Positions 9,150 to 19,343 of a stretch of 64,000 nt of DNA are shown here, one piece after another. Both the position numbers and the translations under genes were made by a program. The stretch covers positions 768,001 to 832,000 of the forward strand of contig CAWIYV010000011.1 of the NCBI GenBank assembly GCA_963840455.1. Direction: 5' to 3'. The notes beneath the pieces are model-generated. The model ran no database searches and had not been told where the DNA came from. It worked only from the letters and a program-made list of their open reading frames with translations. Source of the DNA: Nitrospirota bacterium (GTDB lineage: Bacteria > Nitrospirota > UBA9217). Every line of letters begins with the position of its first letter. The stretch's first letter is position 1.

Positions 9150-12100
9150 ATGAAAAAAGACCTCCCTCACAAGACGACAGACGGCAAGAAACCCTCCCCG
9201 AAGCGCACGCACCCCGGGACGGATCCCCAGGCAACTCCTGCAGCGAACCTCTTAGATGCACATTACCGGATCCTGTTCGACACCATGTCGCAGGGCGTCA
9301 TCTTCCGCGATGGGGAAGGCAGGATCCTATCTGCTAACCCTGCTGCTGAGCGGATATTGGGCAGGACGCTGAAGGACATGCTCGGCAAGACCAGCGCTGA
9401 AGTGCACACCGAGGCGCTGACGGATGACGGTGCCCCCCTTCCGGCGGGAGCGTTCCCGGCCGACGTCGCCCTGAGGACCGGCCAGCCCAGCACCGGTTTT
9501 GTCATGGCCACACTGAACCCCCGGGAGAACGAATACCGCTGGATCAGCGTCAGCGCCATGCCCATTTTCCACCCCGGCGAAAGCAAACCCTTCCAGGTGT
9601 ACATCCTCTTCGACGATATCACGGAACGCCGGCGCATCGACCAGGAACTCCGGAATGCCCACGATCACCTGGAGCAGGAGGTGCAGGAACGCACCCGGGA
9701 GCTTGCCGGGACCAATGAAGAGCTCTCCGCCCAGATCGCCGTCCGCAAAAGGGTCGAAGGCGCCCTCCGGGAAAGCGAGGAGAAATTCCGACGGCTCGCT
9801 GAGAACGCCGCGGACCTGATCTACGTCTACCGGCTTTTTCCGGAGCGAAAATTCGAGTACGTAAGCCCTTCGGCGACCGACATCACCGGATACACCCCCC
9901 TGGAGCATTATGCGAACCCTGATCTCGGCTTCCAGCTCATCCATGCCGATGACCGGGGCAAGCTCGCCGATATCGCCGCAGGGAAAATGGACCCCCGTCG
10001 TCCGCTCGTGCTCCGCTGGATCAGGAAGGACGGCAGGGTGATCTGGACCGAGCAGCGGAACATTCCTATCATGGATGAGTCCGGCAGGGTCGTCGCCCTG
10101 CAGGGGATCGCCCGGGACATCACTGACCGCGTGAAGATCGAAGAGAAACTTCGGGAGAGCGAGAAGTTCCTCCAAACCGTCATTGACACCGAGCCTGAGT
10201 GCGTGAAGATGCTGGCGAAGGACGGCACGCTGCTCATGATGAACCGTGCAGGACTGGAGATGCTCCAGGCGGAATCGTTCGGCCAGGTCCAGGGCAAATC
10301 GGTATACGACCTGGTCGTCCCTCATTACCGGCGGCAGTTCGCCGCGCTCACGGAGAGCGCGTTCGCCGGGAAGAGCGGGACGCTCGCCTTCGAAGCGGTC
10401 GGGCTCAAGGGACGACCGATCTGGCTGGAGACCCATGCCGTTCCACTCCGTGACGACAAGGACACGATCATCGCCACCCTCGGCATCACGCGCGACATCA
10501 CCGAGCGAAAACGGGCCGAAGAGTCCCTGCGCAGGTCCGAGGCGCTCTATCATGATCTTGTGGAAACGTCCCAGGACCTTATCTGGCAGTGCGACGCCGA
10601 GGGCCGATATACCTATCTCAATCCCGCATGGGAGGCGGTTCTCGGCTACCCGGTCGAAGAAATGCTCGGCAAACGTTTCGCGGATTTCCAGTCCCCGGAG
10701 CAGATGCAGCGGGACATCATCGAGTTCGCGCGGCTGTTGCAGGGGATCTCCGTAAAGGGATACGAGACCGTCCATATCGGTAAGAATGGTCGGAAGGTCC
10801 ATCTGGTCTTCAACGCAAAGTCCATCCGCGACAGCGAAGGTGCGATCACCGGGACCCGCGGTACGGCCTATGACATCACCGACCGGAAAAAGATCGAGAA
10901 CGCCATCAAAGAGCGTGAGTACTGGTTGCGAGAGTCACAGCGGGTCGCGCACCTCGGCTCCTATGTTCTGGACATCCGGTCCGGCACATGGACAAGCTCG
11001 GATATCCTCGACGATATTTTCGGGATCGGGAAAGAGGATGACCGGTCGGTGAACTCATGGAGAGACCTCGTTCACCCCGAGGACCGCAAGCGGATGATGC
11101 AACACTTCGCGGAAGTGGTTGCCGAAAAAAAACGCTTTGACGCCGACTACCGCATCATACGGAAGCGTGATCGCAGGGAACGGTGGGTCTCCGGCCTTGG
11201 CGAGCTGATACTCGATGAGAAGGGCGTTCCGATCAAGATGCTCGGGACGATCCAGGACGTGACCGATCGAAAGCTTGTCGAGCACTCGCTGCTTGCGAGC
11301 GAGCAACGGTACAAACAGCTCCTTGAGTCGGTCACCAACTATATCTATACGGTAACGGTGGAGAACGGCAAGGCCGTTTCCACCGTACATAGTCCCGGCT
11401 GCGTCGCGGTGACGGGATATACGTCCGGCGAGTATGCAGCGGACCCTTTCCTGTGGTACCGCATGGTCCACAACCAGGACAAACAACTGGTCCTGCAGCA
11501 GGCAGAAGACCTGCTCGCGGGCGGACACCCGGGACCGGTCGAACACCGGGTACAGCATAAGAACGGGACCTTTGTCTGGCTTCGCAGCGCGGTCGTCCCG
11601 CACATTGACGATCAGGGCAGGCTGACGTCCTATGACGGTCTCGTCACGGACATCACGGCGCAGAAACGCGCCGAGGAATTTTCGCGGAACATCCTCGAGA
11701 CCGTTGACGAGGGCTTCCTGGTCATCGACCGTGACTACACGGTCATGTCGGTGAACAGAGCGTACTCCCGGCAGGCGGGTATGGATGTGAAGGACATCAT
11801 CGGGAGGAAGTGCTATGAGGTCTCGCACAGGTTATCGCGCCCGTGCTATGAAAAGGGGGAAGAATGCCCTGTTCGCGGCGCCTTCGAGACCAAGACGCCG
11901 CAGACAGTGATCCATACCCATCATGATGCCGAGGGAAGCAGCCTCTTCGTCGAGACAAAAGCGTTCCCGCTCCGGGACGAAGCCGGACGGGTCGTCGCCG
12001 CCATCGAGATCATCCACAATGTCACGGACAGGAAGCACCTCGAGGACCAGCTGCGCCATTCCCAGAAGATGGAGGCCGTGGGGCTCCTCGCGGGCGGCAT

Positions 12101-13211
12101 CTCCCATGACTTCAACAACATCCTTACGGCCATCATCGGTTACGGCAACCTTCTCAAGATGAAGATCCGCGCAGGCGACCCTCTGCATTCGTACGTCGAG
12201 CAGATCCTGGCCTCATCCGCGCGTGCCGCCAATCTCACCCAGAGCCTGCTCGCGTTCAGCAGGAGACAGGTCATCAACCCCCGATCCATTGACCTCAATG
12301 ATTCTATCCGCCGTTTCGAAAAGCTGCTCCACCGGCTCATCGGCGAGGACGTAGAGCTGCAGACCGACCTCGCGCATGCTGAAATGACCGTCCTCGCCGA
12401 TTCCAGCCAGGTCGAACAGGTATTGATGAACCTCGCAACGAACGCCCGGGACGCCATGCCCCACGGCGGCACCCTTACCATACGGACAGAGATCGCCGTG
12501 ATCGACGATGCGTTCTTAAAAACGCATGGATTCGGCAGACCCGGGAACTACATCCGCGTCTCGGTGCGTGACACGGGGTTCGGTATGGACAAAAAGACGC
12601 TTGCGAGGGTCTTTGAGCCTTTTTTCACGACCAAGGAGCTCGGGAAGGGAACCGGCCTGGGCCTTGCCATTGTGTACGGGATCATGAAGCAGAACAACGG
12701 CTACGTCATCGTGGAGAGCGAACCGGGCGGGGGCAGCTGTTTCTTGCTGTATTTTCCGCTCATCGCCACGTCGGCGGAAGCGACAAAGACCGCTGAGCCG
12801 GCACTCACAGACGAAGGTCACGAGACCATCCTGGTTGCCGAGGACGATGTCACGATCCGCCAACTGACAAAGACCATTCTCGAGGAATTCGGCTATGACG
12901 TCATTGAGGCCGTTGACGGCGAGGATGCGGTGCTGAAGTTCCGCGAGAACAAGGAAGGCATAAAGCTCGTGATCCTGGACGTCGTCATGCCGAAGAAGAA
13001 CGGCAAGGAGGCCCGCGACCTTATCGCAGCGCTCAAACCGGATGTCAAGGTCCTCTATATCAGCGGCTACAATGCCGATGTCCTCCTCAGCAAAGGCATC
13101 GACGATACAGCGAACTTCATCCTGAAGCCCGTTTCGCCCATGGACCTTCTGCGCTCCGTGCGCAGGATCATCGACAGCGACGACGGCTCGCTCAAGGCCA
13201 CGTCCCGCTGA
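9150..13211 (+). CDS. Hybrid sensor histidine kinase with ~7 PAS/PAC domains and a C-terminal receiver
   Basis: Seven PAS units ending D/N-I/V-T; HDFNN H-box, NLATNARDAM, GTGLGL; receiver AEDD...LDVVMP...KP. Confidence 0.93.
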   Translation: MKKDLPHKTTDGKKPSPKRTHPGTDPQATPAANLLDAHYRILFDTMSQGVIFRDGEGRILSANPAAERILGRTLKDMLGKTSAEVHTEALTDDGAPLPAGAFPADVALRTGQPSTGFVMATLNPRENEYRWISVSAMPIFHPGESKPFQVYILFDDITERRRIDQELRNAHDHLEQEVQERTRELAGTNEELSAQIAVRKRVEGALRESEEKFRRLAENAADLIYVYRLFPERKFEYVSPSATDITGYTPLEHYANPDLGFQLIHADDRGKLADIAAGKMDPRRPLVLRWIRKDGRVIWTEQRNIPIMDESGRVVALQGIARDITDRVKIEEKLRESEKFLQTVIDTEPECVKMLAKDGTLLMMNRAGLEMLQAESFGQVQGKSVYDLVVPHYRRQFAALTESAFAGKSGTLAFEAVGLKGRPIWLETHAVPLRDDKDTIIATLGITRDITERKRAEESLRRSEALYHDLVETSQDLIWQCDAEGRYTYLNPAWEAVLGYPVEEMLGKRFADFQSPEQMQRDIIEFARLLQGISVKGYETVHIGKNGRKVHLVFNAKSIRDSEGAITGTRGTAYDITDRKKIENAIKEREYWLRESQRVAHLGSYVLDIRSGTWTSSDILDDIFGIGKEDDRSVNSWRDLVHPEDRKRMMQHFAEVVAEKKRFDADYRIIRKRDRRERWVSGLGELILDEKGVPIKMLGTIQDVTDRKLVEHSLLASEQRYKQLLESVTNYIYTVTVENGKAVSTVHSPGCVAVTGYTSGEYAADPFLWYRMVHNQDKQLVLQQAEDLLAGGHPGPVEHRVQHKNGTFVWLRSAVVPHIDDQGRLTSYDGLVTDITAQKRAEEFSRNILETVDEGFLVIDRDYTVMSVNRAYSRQAGMDVKDIIGRKCYEVSHRLSRPCYEKGEECPVRGAFETKTPQTVIHTHHDAEGSSLFVETKAFPLRDEAGRVVAAIEIIHNVTDRKHLEDQLRHSQKMEAVGLLAGGISHDFNNILTAIIGYGNLLKMKIRAGDPLHSYVEQILASSARAANLTQSLLAFSRRQVINPRSIDLNDSIRRFEKLLHRLIGEDVELQTDLAHAEMTVLADSSQVEQVLMNLATNARDAMPHGGTLTIRTEIAVIDDAFLKTHGFGRPGNYIRVSVRDTGFGMDKKTLARVFEPFFTTKELGKGTGLGLAIVYGIMKQNNGYVIVESEPGGGSCFLLYFPLIATSAEATKTAEPALTDEGHETILVAEDDVTIRQLTKTILEEFGYDVIEAVDGEDAVLKFRENKEGIKLVILDVVMPKKNGKEARDLIAALKPDVKVLYISGYNADVLLSKGIDDTANFILKPVSPMDLLRSVRRIIDSDDGSLKATSR

Positions 13212-13213
13212 AT

Positions 13214-13326
13214 CCAGGAGCGAGCGCATTCCCCGTAGCTTGCTGCGGTGTTAGCGAGCGATTAGAACAACGTATTATTACCCTGAGGATCGAAGATTCC
13301 CTGCAGCTTGCTGCAGGGAGCTTCAA
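13214..13326 (+). mobile_element. Repeat family A, full-length copy
   Basis: TGAAT|CCAGGAGCGAGCGCATT-hairpin ... GAAGATT-CCCTGCAGCTTGCTGCAGGG-AGCTTCAA; the target overlaps the kinase TGA stop. Confidence 0.8.
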
Positions 13327-13398
13327 TGCCCGCTTCCGTCCGACCGGTCCCGCAACCCCTCAATCACCGGATATTAATAAAAACGCCCTCAATATTCA

Positions 13399-13479
13399 GT
13401 CATGGTGAGGAGCAGATCGGCGAAGCAATCTCTCCGTAACAGCAAGATTGCCGCGCGCCCTACGGTCGCCCGCAACGAC
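13399..13479. repeat. Palindromic GTCAT..GAG...GCAATC...GATTGC...CGCAACGAC repeat
   Basis: Degenerate copy of the widespread GTCATTGCGAG...CTCGCAATGAC intergenic palindrome. Confidence 0.6.
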
Positions 13480-13557
13480 CGTATAACAATACGTATTTCG
13501 TTTGCCATGATGATACCGCGGATATGGTCTCATCACCTCCTTTGCAGCTGTTTCGGG

Positions 13558-13586
13558 TTGACACCCTTTTTCGGGCATGATAGTGT
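13558..13586 (+). promoter_or_regulatory. sigma70 promoter, leaderless
   Basis: TTGACA-17-(TGa)TAGTGT, 5 nt before ATG 13592. Confidence 0.65.
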
Positions 13587-13591
13587 TTCCC

Positions 13592-14449
13592 ATGCTCGCC
13601 TACGTAAACGGCCACTTCGTCCCTCGGGACGAGGCGCGGGTATCGGTCTACGACCACGGGTATCTCTATGGCGACGGCATCTACGAGACCATGCGCGCCT
13701 ATGGGGGCAACATCTTCCTCCTCAACAGGCACCTCTCCCGTCTCAAGCTGTCCGCTGATGCCATTTCGCTGAACCTGCCCCTTCCGCTGGAAAAGATCGG
13801 CAGCACGCTTATCGAATCCCTCACCGTCAACAAACTTCGCGAGGCGTATATACGGATCCAGATCAGCCGGGGCCCCGGCGAGATCGGCCTCGATCCGGCG
13901 CTCTGTCCCGCACCCACCATGGTCATCCTGGTCAAACCGTTCAAGGACTATCCCGCTGAACTTTACGAGAACGGCGTGGCCGTGGCCGTCGTCAAGACCC
14001 GGCGGAACCATCCCCTCGCTCAGGACCCCGCCATCAAAAGCACGAATTTCCTGAACAACATCCTGGCCAAGATCGAGTCCCTGAAGGCCGGCGCCTATGA
14101 AGGCATCATGCTCAACTGGAAGGGATATGTGGCCGAGGGGACCATCAGTAACATATTCACGGTGAAGAAGGGCGTGCTGCACACGCCTCATCTCGATACG
14201 GGCATCCTGGAAGGCATCACGCGCGACCTGGTCCTGTTGCTCGCGAAAAGGAACAAGGTCCGGGTGCAGGAGTCTCTGATGCGGACAAGCGATCTTTACC
14301 GGGCCGACGAGTGTTTCATCACGAACACCACCGTCGAGGTCATGCCGGTGACCTCCGTGGACGGAAACAAGGTCGGCTCGGGAATGCCGGGGCCGATCAC
14401 CAACACGCTCATCAACGCCTATCGGAACGAGGTGCAACGTCATGTTTAA
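13592..14449 (+). CDS. Class IV PLP aminotransferase (IlvE/PabC-like)
   Basis: DHGYLYGDGIYET, KSTNF, EGTISNIF, LEGITR, ADECF. Confidence 0.9.
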   Translation: MLAYVNGHFVPRDEARVSVYDHGYLYGDGIYETMRAYGGNIFLLNRHLSRLKLSADAISLNLPLPLEKIGSTLIESLTVNKLREAYIRIQISRGPGEIGLDPALCPAPTMVILVKPFKDYPAELYENGVAVAVVKTRRNHPLAQDPAIKSTNFLNNILAKIESLKAGAYEGIMLNWKGYVAEGTISNIFTVKKGVLHTPHLDTGILEGITRDLVLLLAKRNKVRVQESLMRTSDLYRADECFITNTTVEVMPVTSVDGNKVGSGMPGPITNTLINAYRNEVQRHV

Positions 14450-15116
14450 GGATGCAGGTCAGCTCGCCCAGCTCATCGATCACACGCTCGTCAGGCCCGA
14501 TGCGACGCTGGACGACCTCGCTGCCGCCTGCGCTGACGCGAAGCGTTACCGGTTCGCGGCGCTCATGGTGAACGGCTGGCATGTGGCGCGCGCCAAGGCC
14601 GCCCTTGCCGGAACGGGGGTGAAGGTCGGCGCGGTGGTGGGTTTCCCCCACGGCGCCTGCACGACGACGGTGAAGATCGTGGAAGCCATGGAAGCCATGA
14701 AGAACGGCGCCGAGGAGCTCGACATCGTCGTGAACCTGGGCATGGTGAAGTCGGGCAAGCAGGAGCTCCTTGAGATCGACATCAAGAACGTGGTCGCCAT
14801 GACCAAGGGCGTTGTACACAAGATCATCATCGAGTGCGGCGCCCTGACGCCGGGCGAGATCGCCGACGTGTGCAGGACCGCGGTCCGCGCCGGCACGGAG
14901 TTCATCAAGACCTCGACCGGCTACGGACCCCGAGGCGCCACCGTGGACGACCTTCTCGCCATCCGCGCGGTCGTCGGCTCCACCTGTCGCATAAAGGCTT
15001 CCGGCGGTATCAAGGACCTGGAGACCGTGGAGGCCATGGTCAAGGCGGGCGCTGAGCGCATCGGAACGAGCGCAGGGCCGGCCATCATGGAAGAGTACCT
15101 GAAGAAAAATAGCTAG
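14442..15116 (+). CDS. deoC: Deoxyribose-phosphate aldolase
   Basis: IDHTL, VVGFPHG, KIIIE, FIKTSTG, IKASGGI, RIGTS. Confidence 0.93.
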   Translation: MFKDAGQLAQLIDHTLVRPDATLDDLAAACADAKRYRFAALMVNGWHVARAKAALAGTGVKVGAVVGFPHGACTTTVKIVEAMEAMKNGAEELDIVVNLGMVKSGKQELLEIDIKNVVAMTKGVVHKIIIECGALTPGEIADVCRTAVRAGTEFIKTSTGYGPRGATVDDLLAIRAVVGSTCRIKASGGIKDLETVEAMVKAGAERIGTSAGPAIMEEYLKKNS

Positions 15117-15141
15117 CGCTACTACCCCTCCCTTGCCATAC

Positions 15142-15182
15142 AATAAGCCGGACTGCGAACAGCATGGCCGGTTTATTTTTTT
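15142..15182 (+). terminator. Probable terminator after deoC
   Basis: AATAAGCCGG/CCGGTTTATT stem + T run. Confidence 0.55.
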
Positions 15183-15388
15183 CCTGAGGCTGCGGCTGAC
15201 AGGAGCCGTACGGGCCATCCATTACAAGGCTGGACCGCTCAATTACCGCCGCCGCTCCGCACGGAAGCCGCGCCAAGGCGTGTCCACTGCTCCCGGGACT
15301 TCCCCGTTTTACATTGACACACTGCAAGGGAGTATGATAGATTTTTTGCAAACGCTCGACGCATGCAGCCGGACCCTACGGAGGGAAC

Positions 15389-16096
15389 ATGACCGATAAT
15401 CTCGATGAGCTTTATGAACAGGCCATGGACGCCTTCAATAAGAGCGATTACCTGATCGCCGAGAACCTGTTCCACCGGATCCTGAACATCAATCCCCGGT
15501 TCGCGGACATCCAGAACAAGCTGGGGATCATCTACAACCAGACCAACCGCATGGAGCGCGCGTCCAAGGCCTTCGAGAAGGCGCTCGAGATCAATCCGGG
15601 ATACACCGAGGCCTCCCTTAACCTCGCGATCACCTACAGCGACCTGGGGAAGTATGATCAGGCCCGCGAGGTGTTCGAGCGGGCGGCGAGGATCAGCAAG
15701 GCAGGCAGCAACGAGCTCGACCCTTTCATCAAAGGGAAGCTCGCGAACGAGCACCTGAAGATCGGGTCCATCTACACCGACCTCAAGCTGCTCGATGAGG
15801 CCATTGACGAATACCAGAAGGCCATCCGCCTTGCTCCGAACTTTGCCGACATCATTACCCAGCTCGGGATCGCCTACCGCGAAAAGGGCGAGTACGACGA
15901 GGCCATCAAGCAGTTCAGCCATGCCAAGGAGGTCAATCCCCGCTTCATCCCCGCCCGGGTGCATCTGGGCCTCGCCTATTACTCCCGCGGTTTTTACGGT
16001 CTCGCCGAGGAAGAGTGGCAGGAAGCCCTCAAGATCGACCCCGGCAACGCGGCCGTCAAGACCTATCTCAACTTCGTCAAGCCCCAGCAGTCCTGA
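15389..16096 (+). CDS. Tetratricopeptide repeat protein
   Basis: Repeated A...LG..Y......A...F..AL.I.P pattern; SD GGAGGG. Confidence 0.9.
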   Translation: MTDNLDELYEQAMDAFNKSDYLIAENLFHRILNINPRFADIQNKLGIIYNQTNRMERASKAFEKALEINPGYTEASLNLAITYSDLGKYDQAREVFERAARISKAGSNELDPFIKGKLANEHLKIGSIYTDLKLLDEAIDEYQKAIRLAPNFADIITQLGIAYREKGEYDEAIKQFSHAKEVNPRFIPARVHLGLAYYSRGFYGLAEEEWQEALKIDPGNAAVKTYLNFVKPQQS

Positions 16097-16108
16097 GGAG
16101 CAGCCTCC

Positions 16109-17068
16109 GTGCACCTTCTGGAAATAGCGGGCCTCTCCACCAGTTTCACGACGCGCTCGGGTGTCATCCGGGCAGTAGACAATGTGAGCCTCTCGCTGCG
16201 CGCCGGCCGCGTGCTCGGCCTCGTCGGGGAGTCCGGATGCGGCAAGACCATAACCGCCCTCTCCATCCTCAACCTCGTCCCCCCTCCCGGCAGGATCACC
16301 GCCGGAACAATCCTGTTCGAAGGCCGGGACCTGCTCACGCTCTCCGAGGCGGAGATGCGGAAGGTGCGCGGTGCCCGGATCTCCATGGTCTTCCAGGAAC
16401 CGATGACCGCGCTGAACCCGGTGTTCACCGTCGGAAACCAGATCAGCGAGGTCCTCACCACCCACCAGAACATAACTGACCGGGAGGCCCTCGACCGGTC
16501 CGTCGAGCTTCTTCAGTCCGTGGGCATCCCTTCGCCCGAGAAGCGGGTCCACGAATATCCGCATCAGCTCTCGGGCGGTATGCGCCAGCGCGTGATGATC
16601 GCCATGGCCATCGCCTGCCGGCCGTCGCTGGTCCTTGCCGACGAACCCACCACGGCGCTGGACGTCACCATTCAGGCGCACATCCTCGAGCTGCTCACCC
16701 GGATCCAGGCCGAGATGGGCATGGCCATGGTCCTCGTCACGCACGATCTGGGTCTCATTGCCGAACGCGCCCACGAGGTCGCCGTGATGTATGCAGGCAG
16801 GATCGTGGAAAAAGCGGACACGGTGGCGCTCTTCGCGGAGCCGCTGCATCCCTACACGAGGGGCCTGATGGCCTCGATCCCTCGGCCGGGGGAAGGTAGG
16901 CGCAGCCGGCTCAGGACCATCCCGGGCTCGGTGCCGAGGCTCTCGGACCTGCCGCAGGGGTGCACGTTCTCGCCGCGCTGCGACATCAAGATCGCTCAAT
17001 GCGAAACAGAACCAGACCTTGTTGAAGTTAAGCCTGGACATCTGGTGCGATGCTGGAGGGCGACATAG
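16109..17068 (+). CDS. oppD: Oligo/dipeptide ABC transporter ATPase (OppD/DppD)
   Basis: [33 protein letters not shown]-terminal Cys cluster. Confidence 0.88.
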   Translation: MHLLEIAGLSTSFTTRSGVIRAVDNVSLSLRAGRVLGLVGESGCGKTITALSILNLVPPPGRITAGTILFEGRDLLTLSEAEMRKVRGARISMVFQEPMTALNPVFTVGNQISEVLTTHQNITDREALDRSVELLQSVGIPSPEKRVHEYPHQLSGGMRQRVMIAMAIACRPSLVLADEPTTALDVTIQAHILELLTRIQAEMGMAMVLVTHDLGLIAERAHEVAVMYAGRIVEKADTVALFAEPLHPYTRGLMASIPRPGEGRRSRLRTIPGSVPRLSDLPQGCTFSPRCDIKIAQCETEPDLVEVKPGHLVRCWRAT

Positions 17069-17218
17069 TTTGACTGAGGAGTCCCGAATGCGGAGTGCGA
17101 AAAAAGACCGGGGATCGCGAAGATCTCACCGATACGTCGCCGTCATTCGTGATATCCGTCCTTTCGTGACAGACCTGTTCTTACGGGTTGCCGCTCTTTC
17201 CGGGGTTGGTTCACTTTG

Positions 17219-18181
17219 ATGGATAATCGTATCCTTACGCTCGAAGATCTTTATAAGACCTTTCCCGTGAAGGCCGGCCCGGGAAAGACCGTGCACGCGC
17301 GCGCGGTAGACGGGGTGAGCCTGACGGTGTCACGCGGAGAAGTCGTTGGCCTCGTCGGAGAGAGCGGCTGCGGCAAGTCGACACTCGGACGGCTCGCTCT
17401 GGGGCTCCTGCCGCCCACAGCGGGAAGGGTGCTCTTCCGGGGCTGGGACCTTGGGAACGTGGGGAAGGATGAGCTGCGGGCACTGCGCAAGGAGATGCAG
17501 ATCATCTTCCAGGATCCGTTTGCATCGCTGAACCCCCGTATGCGGGTCCGTGACATTGTGACCGAGCCCCTGGTGATCCACAAGCTCGCCGGGAAACAGG
17601 AACTGGACAGCCGCGGCTCGGCGCTCCTCGAAAAGGTCGGCTTGGGTGCCGACGCATTGATGCGCTATCCCCACGAGTTCTCCGGCGGCCAGCGCCAGCG
17701 GATCGGCATTGCGCGGGCGCTCGCGAGCGACCCGTCCTTCATCGTTGCCGACGAGCCGGTCTCGGCGCTCGACGTTTCGGTCCAGGCCCAGATCATCAAT
17801 CTCCTGGGCGACCTGCAGCAGGACATGGGCCTTTCGTTCCTCTTCATCGCCCATGATCTGAACGTGGTGCGCCATTTCTCCGACCGGGTGGCTGTCATGT
17901 ACCTCGGGAAGGTCGTCGAGACCGCCCCTGCCGATGAGATCTACAGCAACCCCTCCCACCCTTACACCGAGGCACTGCTCGCGGACATCCCGGTACCGGA
18001 CCCGGCCGCAAAAAAGAAGCACATCCTGCTGAAGGGCGACATCCCGAGCCCAACGCAGGTCCCGCCCGGCTGCCGCTTCCACACGCGCTGCATCCACCGG
18101 TTCGAGCCCTGCGACAAGGTCGTACCAAAGACCACGGACCTCGGGAGCGGCCACTTCGTAGATTGTCACCTTAGAGGTTAA
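17219..18181 (+). CDS. oppF: Oligo/dipeptide ABC transporter ATPase (OppF/DppF)
   Basis: GESGCGKS, FQDP, YPHEFSGGQRQR, DEPVSALD, GCRFHTRC. Confidence 0.88.
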   Translation: MDNRILTLEDLYKTFPVKAGPGKTVHARAVDGVSLTVSRGEVVGLVGESGCGKSTLGRLALGLLPPTAGRVLFRGWDLGNVGKDELRALRKEMQIIFQDPFASLNPRMRVRDIVTEPLVIHKLAGKQELDSRGSALLEKVGLGADALMRYPHEFSGGQRQRIGIARALASDPSFIVADEPVSALDVSVQAQIINLLGDLQQDMGLSFLFIAHDLNVVRHFSDRVAVMYLGKVVETAPADEIYSNPSHPYTEALLADIPVPDPAAKKKHILLKGDIPSPTQVPPGCRFHTRCIHRFEPCDKVVPKTTDLGSGHFVDCHLRG

Positions 18182-18327
18182 GCAGCGTTCTCCTGACCCC
18201 GCCCGCAGCACCTTCATACATGCTTTAGAACCCTGTTCTTTTGCATTTCTTCCAAAGATAAGCCTTGATTCTCACTCTTGCAAACCGCTTCCAAAGGGTA
18301 TTATTCAGAATATCAGACACTTACATT

Positions 18328-18344
18328 TTGGCATAAGGTCTGCA
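18328..18344 (+). promoter_or_regulatory. sigma54 (-24/-12) promoter
   Basis: TTGGCATAAGGTCTGCA has GG-N10-GC spacing, with an AT-rich upstream region. Confidence 0.7.
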
Positions 18345-18385
18345 ATATATAGGGCAGAAGCGAACGAAAAAAGGAGGCAACGAAC

Positions 18386-18703
18386 ATGAAGAACTCAATC
18401 GCAAAAAAAGGTGCTTACATTGGAGCAGGAGCAGGACTGGTGCTCTTCGCCATCTTCGGACTTCTCCCGGGCAGCCTTCTGGGCGGCGCCATGGGCATCA
18501 ATATCGCCGGCTGGATGTTCGGACTTCCGCTCGAGCCGGGCCTCATCTCCCGGGCCATCGTGCTGGTGTCCATGCTGGTGGGCGTGCTGGTCTCGGGCAT
18601 CGTGATCGTGACAGCGACCACCACGGTGGGCTGGCTGGCAGGCAGGCTGCTTGAGGGTTCGGCAGCGCGGGAAGACCAGAAGGAAGCGGCGGCGCATAAG
18701 TAA
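18386..18703 (+). CDS. Small glycine-rich membrane protein
   Basis: SD AAGGAGG; hydrophobic GxxxG helices; paralogous to the next gene. Confidence 0.85.
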   Translation: MKNSIAKKGAYIGAGAGLVLFAIFGLLPGSLLGGAMGINIAGWMFGLPLEPGLISRAIVLVSMLVGVLVSGIVIVTATTTVGWLAGRLLEGSAAREDQKEAAAHK

Positions 18704-18783
18704 AAGTCAGGGGTCAGAGGAAAGACAACAGCAAACAAGAAGCGAGAATGATACTATAAAACCTTAGAAAAGGAGATACGGCA

Positions 18784-19098
18784 ATGAAGAACGAAACAGT
18801 AAAGACGGGCATGAAGATCGGAGCGGTGGTTGGCGGCATTCTGTTCCTGGTATTCGGGGTGATGGCGGGCTTCTACTTCGGGAGCTACGGGACCCTGTTC
18901 ATCCTGCAGAAGCTGATGGGCGGGACGGTTGAGCCGACCCTCTTCGTGCGGGCGGCCATCGTGGTCGGCATCGGCGTCGGGATCGCGGCTTCGGCCACGG
19001 TGCACATCATCACGGGCGGCCTGATCGGGACAGCGCTGGGATTCGTGGTATCGGCCCCGAAGGTGATGAAGGAAGCGAAGGCTGCGGCGAAGGCGTAA
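18784..19098 (+). CDS. Small glycine-rich membrane protein (paralog)
   Basis: SD AAGGAG; shared G..G..LF..FG...G...G......EP....RA pattern. Confidence 0.85.
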   Translation: MKNETVKTGMKIGAVVGGILFLVFGVMAGFYFGSYGTLFILQKLMGGTVEPTLFVRAAIVVGIGVGIAASATVHIITGGLIGTALGFVVSAPKVMKEAKAAAKA

Positions 19099-19124
19099 TA
19101 CGATCAGAAGTCAGGAGAAAAGCG

Positions 19125-19162
19125 AAGGCGGCGGGGATCATCCCCGCCGCCTTTTAATTTTT
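19125..19162 (+). terminator. Intrinsic terminator
   Basis: AAGGCGGCGGGGAT/ATCCCCGCCGCCTT stem + T run. Confidence 0.85.
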
Positions 19163-19185
19163 CCTTATGCATCAAACCCGTGAGC

Positions 19186-19294
19186 CCAGAAGCAATCGCT
19201 GACCCCGTAGCTTGCTGAGTGGTTAGGGAGCAATTAGGATGACATTACTGACTCGAAGATCGAGGCGCCCTGCAGCCTTCTGCGGGCACTTTAA
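19186..19294 (+). mobile_element. Repeat family A, degenerate copy
   Basis: CCCCGTAGCTTGCTG..GTTAG.GAGC.ATTAG...GATCGAGGCGCCCTGCAGC..CTGCGGG..CTTTAA. Confidence 0.6.
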
Positions 19295-19343
19295 TTGGTT
19301 CGAGCAAGAAACTCCGTCTACCCGGCAATTGCACGGTCGCGTG

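Noticed and set aside
15239-17041. Long antisense ORFs (also 4520, 9327, 27647, 41066, 50448)
   Set aside because: High-GC shadow frames opposite well-supported genes.
16109-18181. oppD/oppF without permeases
   Set aside because: Split peptide ABC loci are common; the partners are probably elsewhere.
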